The notes under the pieces were generated by a model, which worked only from the letters and a program-made list of their open reading frames with translations, searched no databases and was not told the DNA's origin. Shown here piece by piece: positions 57,423 through 64,000 of a DNA stretch of 64,000 bases. A program made the translations under genes and the position numbers. The stretch spans positions 2,784,001 through 2,848,000 of the forward strand of contig CAXXLX010000001.1 in the NCBI GenBank assembly GCA_963665235.2, given 5' to 3'. This DNA comes from Candidatus Poribacteria bacterium (lineage in GTDB: Bacteria; Poribacteria; WGA-4E; WGA-3G). Within the stretch, counting starts at the first letter, position 1; each line of letters opens with the position of its first letter.

Positions 57423-59921
57423 CTAACGATTGAATAAAAACGCTGGACTATTAATCAACGCCCACAGCAAATCTTGTGCGCCTTCCTCTTTAGATTCTGC
57501 TGCAGCGATATGCTCTGCCGCCTTTGCAGCTTCAGCTTCCGATGGCAACCGAGCAAGCGTCGCAAGATATAATTCTTCAACGATGGCACCAGCATCCGCA
57601 TCCACTTTTGTAAGTTTTGCAATTCGTCCCGCAGGGTCTATGAGCGCATCCGCGACTGTCGGCCCGTTAAGCAGGTTCATTGCATGTGCAAGACTCACCT
57701 CACCGGTCCGCTCACATTCACAAGAAGACTCACGTTCTGGCCTCCCGAAAAGTTTCAAGAAACCGTCATCTTTTACCTGACTATCGGGCAACTGAACCGC
57801 GCGGAAGTTTTTCGGCACCGCTTGGAATTTCGGGCGGCTCCCCGTCGCTATGCCGATGGCATCTAGCAACTGCTCCGCTGTCAAACGCCGCGCAGTCCCG
57901 TGCGAGAAGTTAATTTCATCGTCTTGATTCCACTTATTCGTCTTAATACTCTGCTGATAAGTTCTGGAACGGGCAATCGTTTTCATGATATGTTTCATAT
58001 TAAACCCGTTCTCAACAAAATCCTTCGTCAGCGCATCAAGCAGTTCCGGATTGCTCGGCGGATTGCTCGTTCGAATATCGTCTACTGGCTCGATGATACC
58101 GCGCCCCATGAAATAACTCCAGAGACGGTTCACACCCGCCCGCGCGAACATCGGATTCTCCGGGGCAGTAAGCCACGTAGCAAACGCTTGCCGCCGGTCG
58201 TTTGTACCTGAATCCACCTCGCCGAACGGAACGGAAGGTTCAACTACCGCTAATGTCCGTGGATGTTTCACAGGACTGTCCGTATAACTTGCATAAACGA
58301 TTTCATCCCCAGGCAATTGCCCACGTTTTACCTTAACATCCGCGAAAAACGCCCCCAATTCATAATATTGATTCTGAGTCCATTTTTCAAACGGATGGTC
58401 ATGACACTTATTGCAGGAGAAGCGAACACCGAGAAAAAGCTGTGTCGTATTTTCTACAACCGCCGTATATTCGCGCGACACCCGAAAATAACTCGCCGCC
58501 GGATTCGTGTACGCACTTCCCGAAGCTGTCAACAGTTCCCTGACAAACCGGTCATAAGGCCGGTTCTCCTTAATCGCATCGTGAATCCACTCCTGGAACA
58601 GCCAAACCCCGCGCTCACCGAGAAACTTACGATTAGACTGAAGCAGGTCCGCCCACTTATGCGTCCAATGGTCAACAAACTCCGGTGTTTCTATCAACAC
58701 ATCAATTAACTTTTCCCGTTTCGCCTTCGAGTCGGTGTCATCCTTCAGGAAACTGCGCACCTGCTCAGGTGTCGGCGGAAGCCCGGTCAAGTCTAGATAA
58801 ATGCGACGCACAAATTCTTCATCGGTACACAACGCTGACGGTAGAATTTTCAACCGCTGAAGCTTATTGTGAACGTGCGTATCAATATAGTTATATTCAG
58901 GGGTTTCAACCCATTCGTAACCGCTCCGGTCCCCCATAACGATAATGCCGTTTGTGCTATATGTCCCTTCGTAACGGGTGAGAATAGCCGTTTCGCCACG
59001 ACGTGCAGCAGTGACCACCCCCGCATCCGTTACAGTTGCAACATCGTTAACACTACTTGTGAACTTCGCCTCACGGGTAACATCCCGCGTCGTGCCATCC
59101 GCATAGTGTGCGATGACGACCAGCTGTTGCATCATCCCGGGCATCGCCAATTCAGCGGAGTCCGGTAGCACCTCTATCCGTTTCACACGGTCGATGCGGC
59201 CAACGTCAGAAATCGCGCCTTCCGCTATCCATTGCCGAAGGAGCTTATAATAGCGGGCCCCTGGCACTATCACCTGCCCGCCTTTGTGCGGCACCTCTGA
59301 TGTCGGTTTGAGCAACATCAGGCTCTGCTCAGGGAACGCCCTATTGAAACGTCGTCCAGAAATGTCCTCGATTAACAGCTCATAATCGAACTCTGGGTCA
59401 TAACCGCGTAAGGAAAGCTTGAAACCATTTTTGCCCTTCGCTCCACCGTGACATGTGCCGTTATTACACCCCGCATGACTCAGGGTAGGCATCACATCCC
59501 GAACAAAACTTACAGGCGGCGCGTCTATACTTTCGACCGTTACCGGGAGCTCAGCACTAAGCCCTTTCGCTTTAACAACAACTTTTGTTGAACCGACCGC
59601 TATCGGAACAATATACCCCGATTCGTTAATTTCTACACTATTAGATGCGGACGTTAGCGTTGCGCGATGCGTTACATCGACCCATGCTCCATCCGCTGTT
59701 TGTCCAGAAACGAGGATACGGCGTTCATCGCGCGCATGCGACAACGTCAACGCCTCTGGATGAACCTTCAACGCTTTTAGGGCAATGCTTTCAAGCCCAT
59801 CTTGCGCCGCTGATACCTCTACACTCGCCGCGGGATTCTCCATCTCACTTGAAACCTCAAGCAGAAAACACATGGAAAATACGATAAGGAGCGTAGCAAA
59901 CAAATGAACACTGCGTTCCAT
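57423..59921 (-). CDS. DUF1549/DUF1553 (PSD1-type) protein with Ig-like (Big_2) domains
   Basis: GCNNGTCHG, FVRRIYLDLTG, CNKCHDHP, NRLW..FMGRG, FGRP.R...CECER, WALINS..F.FNR. Start ATG 59921 after GGAGG. Confidence 0.92.
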   Translation of the reverse strand: MERSVHLFATLLIVFSMCFLLEVSSEMENPAASVEVSAAQDGLESIALKALKVHPEALTLSHARDERRILVSGQTADGAWVDVTHRATLTSASNSVEINESGYIVPIAVGSTKVVVKAKGLSAELPVTVESIDAPPVSFVRDVMPTLSHAGCNNGTCHGGAKGKNGFKLSLRGYDPEFDYELLIEDISGRRFNRAFPEQSLMLLKPTSEVPHKGGQVIVPGARYYKLLRQWIAEGAISDVGRIDRVKRIEVLPDSAELAMPGMMQQLVVIAHYADGTTRDVTREAKFTSSVNDVATVTDAGVVTAARRGETAILTRYEGTYSTNGIIVMGDRSGYEWVETPEYNYIDTHVHNKLQRLKILPSALCTDEEFVRRIYLDLTGLPPTPEQVRSFLKDDTDSKAKREKLIDVLIETPEFVDHWTHKWADLLQSNRKFLGERGVWLFQEWIHDAIKENRPYDRFVRELLTASGSAYTNPAASYFRVSREYTAVVENTTQLFLGVRFSCNKCHDHPFEKWTQNQYYELGAFFADVKVKRGQLPGDEIVYASYTDSPVKHPRTLAVVEPSVPFGEVDSGTNDRRQAFATWLTAPENPMFARAGVNRLWSYFMGRGIIEPVDDIRTSNPPSNPELLDALTKDFVENGFNMKHIMKTIARSRTYQQSIKTNKWNQDDEINFSHGTARRLTAEQLLDAIGIATGSRPKFQAVPKNFRAVQLPDSQVKDDGFLKLFGRPERESSCECERTGEVSLAHAMNLLNGPTVADALIDPAGRIAKLTKVDADAGAIVEELYLATLARLPSEAEAAKAAEHIAAAESKEEGAQDLLWALINSPAFLFNR

Positions 59922-59992
59922 ATTAACCTCCGGATGTGATATGAAACTTACTTTTTTAAAGGAGCGATGAAAACCGCCCTGATATTTTGGGT

Positions 59993-60817
59993 TTACCACC
60001 GATTTTTCAGATGTCCCCACACCACCGGCAACTTGCCGCCGGGGGATACATCTGCATATTCCGATTCATTCGCCAACCAATTGATAACATTTTCTGTGAG
60101 TTGTTCTAATTGGTCAATGTCTTTGTTATTCTTATGATAGTTCGGCAGCCGCCAATTCATATTGAACACCTTACCGCTACCAGCTTTCCAATAACCGAAC
60201 GCGGCAATTTGGTCTTTCCAATCGTTTGCAGGCGGCCCCCAAGCGTTCGCAAGCGTCCTAAAATTCTTCCAAAGCTTGTTATAATAATCGCCACTCTTTG
60301 GGAATCCTGTGGAATTGACCTGAATCCTATCGCCGACTGTCGGTGCCTTGCCCTCAATATTCTTCAATCCCTCAACTAGACCAAGGTCTAGTGTCTCTTG
60401 CAGTACCGTGATACCGACGTTTTGGCCGTCGTCTAAAACGGCATTGTATTGGCGAGCGACAGCGTTTTCCAATCCCATCGGTGTAGCATAACGGATTGCC
60501 CATGCTGTCAGAAGCACTGCACCCCCACTTTCCGCGTAGTCCAGGAACGCATCAATTTCCGCATCCGACAAAGCCCCGGGGTCGCTATCCCCTTCATGCC
60601 ACCACACAACGCCATACTGCTTAAACGTCGCACTCTTCAGATCATTTTTGCCCAATACCGTCGTTTCAAACGTCTCTTTTGCGAAATCCAGTGCAGGGGT
60701 TGTAAACGGACCATCCTCCCCGAGATAGAGAAAACCCACATTCAACTTTGCTGCATTTCCTATATTTAAACCACATATCAACATTAAAGTCAAGAAAAAT
60801 AGAACTTTTCGATACAT
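59993..60817 (-). CDS. Secreted protein with a GATase-like fold and a Poribacteria-type C-terminal motif
   Basis: Signal peptide; C-terminus ADVSPGGKLPVVWGHLK. Confidence 0.7.
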   Translation of the reverse strand: MYRKVLFFLTLMLICGLNIGNAAKLNVGFLYLGEDGPFTTPALDFAKETFETTVLGKNDLKSATFKQYGVVWWHEGDSDPGALSDAEIDAFLDYAESGGAVLLTAWAIRYATPMGLENAVARQYNAVLDDGQNVGITVLQETLDLGLVEGLKNIEGKAPTVGDRIQVNSTGFPKSGDYYNKLWKNFRTLANAWGPPANDWKDQIAAFGYWKAGSGKVFNMNWRLPNYHKNNKDIDQLEQLTENVINWLANESEYADVSPGGKLPVVWGHLKNRW

Positions 60818-60858
60818 TTTTGCTCATCCTCTGAATTTTTTGGCAATTTTTGTGAGTT

Positions 60859-61632
60859 TCACGACGTATGTTCGCGAAGCCGCCCCTCACCTAATTTCAC
60901 AAACTCCGGCTCCATCTCAAACGCAATGAAATCTCGCCGATGCCGCTTACACACTATTGGGCAGGTACCCACCCCAGCAAACGGATCCAAAACCAAATCG
61001 CCCGGCAACGAACTCGCTAACACCAACCTCTCAATTAACCTCTCAGGTTTCTGAATCGTGTTAAGGGCCTCTCTACACACCAACTCTTGTGACCTATACG
61101 TCAGTTGTTTTATATCGCCCCAAACATCACCAGGATTCTTACCTTTCGGGTTATACTTTGTTTTTCCGAACTTACCGTTTTTGACAGATGGAACGTTTTC
61201 ACAACGTTGTCTCTGTTCCAACTCAACAAGTTGTCCTACTCTTATAGCGTCAAGGTTATAGCACCTTGGACGCTTGCCCTTAATAAAATAGCAGATAACA
61301 TCGTAGTTATTCGTATAATTGATTCTGCCTTGGGCAAGGCGACTCGGTTGATACCACACAATCTTTGAACGGAGGGTTAAGAACTCCCGATAGTCTATAA
61401 AGTCGATGCAGTCCGGTTTCCCGAACAGATAGAGCGCACCGCCCTCCTTCAATTTTGGTGTAAAACTTCTAATAAGCCCGAAATTAAATTCCTGAATTGA
61501 GGAAATCTTATCCCACGCCGCCGTTGTTACGCCATACGGACCATCACACACAATCAGATCGATTGAGGCATCTTCCACCGATTTCAGTAGCGTAAATGCG
61601 TCTCCGCAATGGATAGTGTTACGTTCAAGCAT
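60859..61632 (-). CDS. Orphan N6A/N4C DNA methyltransferase (beta class)
   Basis: DLIVCDGPY (motif IV variant), QKPERL, LDPFAGVGT (motif I). Confidence 0.88.
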   Translation of the reverse strand: MLERNTIHCGDAFTLLKSVEDASIDLIVCDGPYGVTTAAWDKISSIQEFNFGLIRSFTPKLKEGGALYLFGKPDCIDFIDYREFLTLRSKIVWYQPSRLAQGRINYTNNYDVICYFIKGKRPRCYNLDAIRVGQLVELEQRQRCENVPSVKNGKFGKTKYNPKGKNPGDVWGDIKQLTYRSQELVCREALNTIQKPERLIERLVLASSLPGDLVLDPFAGVGTCPIVCKRHRRDFIAFEMEPEFVKLGEGRLREHTS

Positions 61633-61681
61633 GATTCTGTTTTACAATGGGACCAACCCATAAATCACTTAGCTTGGTGAT

Positions 61682-61711
61682 ATTATACAACAATTTTTCG
61701 TAACAGGTCAA
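61682..61711 (-). promoter_or_regulatory. Sigma70-like promoter of the methyltransferase
   Basis: TTGACC-18 nt-TATAAT on the minus strand. Confidence 0.6.
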
Positions 61712-61733
61712 CAATTTATGGTAAAACTCTACT

Positions 61734-63188
61734 TTACATCGGACCAACCCGCTCCGGTCCCATATCCATCGCAAACATAGACGCATCAAAGCTTCTTTTC
61801 AGCAGCTCCAATTTGAGACCCTGCATCTCTTGTGTATGCCAAAGGTTATCAAACTCATCGGGGTCATTCACTAAATCGTAGAGCTCACCCTCTTCGTGAC
61901 CGTGATAAACAACCAATTTGTGATGCTTATCGCGATACATTGTGCCGAAAGTATGGTCTCGTAAATTAACGGCATCATAGTACTCACATCGCACGAAATC
62001 ACGATGATGATTCGCATCCGCTTCACCCCGCAGAATAGGAAGTAATGAACGTCCATGCATCTGCTCAGGAACAGCCAGCCCGGCTAATTCTAAAAGTGTC
62101 GGTGTTTTGTCAACTAGCTCAACAAGTGCATCGCTTTTCAAACCGCCTACAAATTGCCCCGGCCACGAGAAAATCAGCGGCACTCTCACCAATCCCTCGT
62201 AAAACCGGCACCCCTTTTGGATAAGACCGTGGTCGCCAAGTGTTTCGCCATGGTCACTTGTAAAAATAACAACCGTGTTTTCACGTTGCCCGGTCTCCTC
62301 AAGCGTTTCCAGAATCCTGCCCAACTGCTCGTCAATCAGTTGAACCATTGCATAATATGCCGCTTTGAGTGTCTTTGCATCTCTTTCCCCAACAATTTCG
62401 GAGGCAGGTTTACCGCGTGGTGGCTGCGGTAAAATCGGACTCCGGATGTCTAATTCATTGGGATGCTGTCCTTTCGACTGAAAGTCAACCTGGCGTAACC
62501 GATGCTGCTGTTCCAGGTCGCTTTCTCTGAAGAGCGGTTCCGGCATATCCTTCGGCTCGAATCTTTCCCGATGTGTCTGTGGCGGGTTGAACGGTGGATG
62601 CGGGTCATAGATATTGACACTTGCAAGCCACGGGCCATCCCGTTCCTCACGAATAAACGCAATTGTTTTTTCAGCACACCAGGTCGTTTGATGTAGCTCC
62701 GCTGGCACCCCTTCCGGATTCCGATTGAGTTCACCGAGGATATACCCTTTTGAGCGGACCCAATCCGCGTAGTCGTGCCCCACCTTCCAATCATCGCGCG
62801 GCGCATGACTATACTGCCAATAGCGGTAACCGTCAGCTGCGCGCGGTTCAACTCGGCGATAAGCACTTGCGAGGTGAAGTTTACCAATTAACCCGCAATC
62901 GTACCCGACATCTGCCAGCATTCGTGTCACAAGCGGATACGTTTCCGGAAAGAAATCGTTTCCGTTCCGCATCGCGTGTGTCGCGCTGGGGTACATCCCC
63001 GTCAGAAAGCTGGCTCGACTCGGTGTGCAAATAGGACTTTGGCAATAGGCATGCGTAAATGCCACACCCTCCGCAACCAAACTATCAATATTCGGTGTTG
63101 ACACGTACGGATTCCCTAGCGCGCCTATCGTATCATAACGCTGCTGGTCGGTACAGACCCAGAGGATATTCGGAGCTTCAACAGCCAT
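61734..63188 (-). CDS. Formylglycine-dependent sulfatase
   Basis: PNIL...DQQR, CTPSRASFLTG, GKLH, SDHG, GELYDL..DP.E. Confidence 0.95.
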   Translation of the reverse strand: MAVEAPNILWVCTDQQRYDTIGALGNPYVSTPNIDSLVAEGVAFTHAYCQSPICTPSRASFLTGMYPSATHAMRNGNDFFPETYPLVTRMLADVGYDCGLIGKLHLASAYRRVEPRAADGYRYWQYSHAPRDDWKVGHDYADWVRSKGYILGELNRNPEGVPAELHQTTWCAEKTIAFIREERDGPWLASVNIYDPHPPFNPPQTHRERFEPKDMPEPLFRESDLEQQHRLRQVDFQSKGQHPNELDIRSPILPQPPRGKPASEIVGERDAKTLKAAYYAMVQLIDEQLGRILETLEETGQRENTVVIFTSDHGETLGDHGLIQKGCRFYEGLVRVPLIFSWPGQFVGGLKSDALVELVDKTPTLLELAGLAVPEQMHGRSLLPILRGEADANHHRDFVRCEYYDAVNLRDHTFGTMYRDKHHKLVVYHGHEEGELYDLVNDPDEFDNLWHTQEMQGLKLELLKRSFDASMFAMDMGPERVGPM

Positions 63189-63194
63189 CGGTCC

Positions 63195-64000
63195 TTACTC
63201 TTCAATTGCTGCACTAAATCCTGCTGCTTTAATAACGTTTGCTAGTTCATCCGTACTCACAGCATTTTTTCGTACCTTAATCACCGCCAGAGCCGGGAGA
63301 GAAACCGCCGCGCTGATAACGTTTTGGTGTTGTGAAAGTGCATCCTGCACTTTAGTTACACAGCCACCTCACGTCATACCTGTCACTGTGAAAGTGACCT
63401 CCACACTTGCAGTTGCCTCAATAGGTACCGACATAAACGCGTTCAACAGCTTTCCGGATTCGGTATCGAACACCCGAATTTTTCCATCAAATCCGCCTGC
63501 GGCAAGTTGTTTACCGTTCGGGTGAAAGGCAACAGCAAAAACGCCTACTGTATCGCCTTGCATCGTTGCCAACCGTTTCCCATCTGCCACGTTATAGATG
63601 CGAACTTCACCGGCAGAACTTCCCACTGCAAACCGACTGCCATCCGCTGAAAACGTCACAACCTCAATCGAACCGGACTGTGCTTCGTAAGCACGGATAA
63701 GATTAAAATCTGTGTTGCCAACGTCTCTGCGCGTTTGACGGAAAATTCTGTAGAGCCGCGGAATCCGATCTTCTCCTGCACTCAAAACCTGGTCCGCAGT
63801 CGGATGCCGAGCAATCGTGTTCAACCCCCCATATCCTTTATTACTGGAGTTTACATCGTCCACAAAAGACCCGGTTTCGACCTCAACCAATTTCAGTGCT
63901 GAATCGCGACCACAACTTACAAAATGCGTCCCATCCAAGGAGAAAAGCGTCCCGAAAACCCAATCGCTGTGATTATCAAACTTAACCAATTCCTTCTCAT
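63195..64000 (-). CDS. WD40-repeat protein (5' part outside the window) with a C-terminal HMA domain containing in-frame UGA (putative selenocysteine, GMT-U-GGC)
   Basis: WD40 repeats, then VTFTVTGMT-TGA(63371..63369)-GGCVTKVQDAL...IKAAGF..*; 57 further open codons to TAA 63197..63195. Confidence 0.85.
63326..63368 (-). promoter_or_regulatory. Bacterial SECIS-like stem-loop immediately 3' of the UGA
   Basis: UGA-GGUG GC UGUG UAACU AAAGUGCA[GGA]UGCACUUU CACA A CACC: 8-bp upper stem, G-first loop 23 nt after the UGA. Confidence 0.75.

Noticed and set aside
252-63034. The many plus-strand ORFs of 60-213 aa
   Set aside because: Antisense shadows of well-supported minus-strand genes, with no recognisable motifs.
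63369-63371. Genome-wide UGA recoding (code 4/25) as the explanation of the in-frame TGA
   Set aside because: TGA is the normal stop of hsdR, the FAH gene, Mrp and others here, so read-through must be site-specific.

Overview
Bacterial genomic window in which every credible gene is on the minus strand. It is most likely Candidatus Poribacteria (inferred from a C-terminal 'VSPGGKLPVVWGHLK'-type motif, a Planctomycete-type DUF1501/DUF1553 cluster, a sulfatase and PQQ-like propellers). In transcription order (right to left): (1) a WD40 / DUF1549-DUF1553 / DUF1501 / PPC-domain cluster, interrupted by a sulfatase, an orphan DNA methyltransferase and a secreted protein. Its WD40 gene appears to read through an in-frame UGA into a GMT-U-GGC heavy-metal-associated domain, followed by a clear bacterial SECIS-like hairpin: a probable unannotated selenoprotein and the top finding. 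(2) A repeat-rich intergenic region. (3) A ~23 kb respiratory supercluster: Rieske/split cytochrome b, octaheme cytochrome c, CydA-only bd-like protein, membrane c-type cytochromes including a diheme-c/EB_dh-like protein, two cupredoxin-like paralogs, an ABC-2 transporter, and an A1 heme-copper oxidase with CtaA/CtaB/SCO. A USP-PCP_red-rubredoxin / Mrp / Zn-ribbon-PCP_red module follows. (4) A GH32-like enzyme lacking the canonical acid/base Glu. (5) A ~14.5 kb Type I R-M defence island: two ABC-ATPase plus nuclease-like modules, an Rpn gene with a duplicated stand-alone C-terminal (RpnS-like) copy, an HsdS-DUF433 fusion with a PIN-like toxin flanked by an hsdS 3' direct repeat, a homopolymer-frameshifted DUF2806-like gene and orphan antitoxins. 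(6) cysC, FAH-family, DSD1-family and beta-propeller genes. All family assignments come from motif recognition by eye; no database searches were run.
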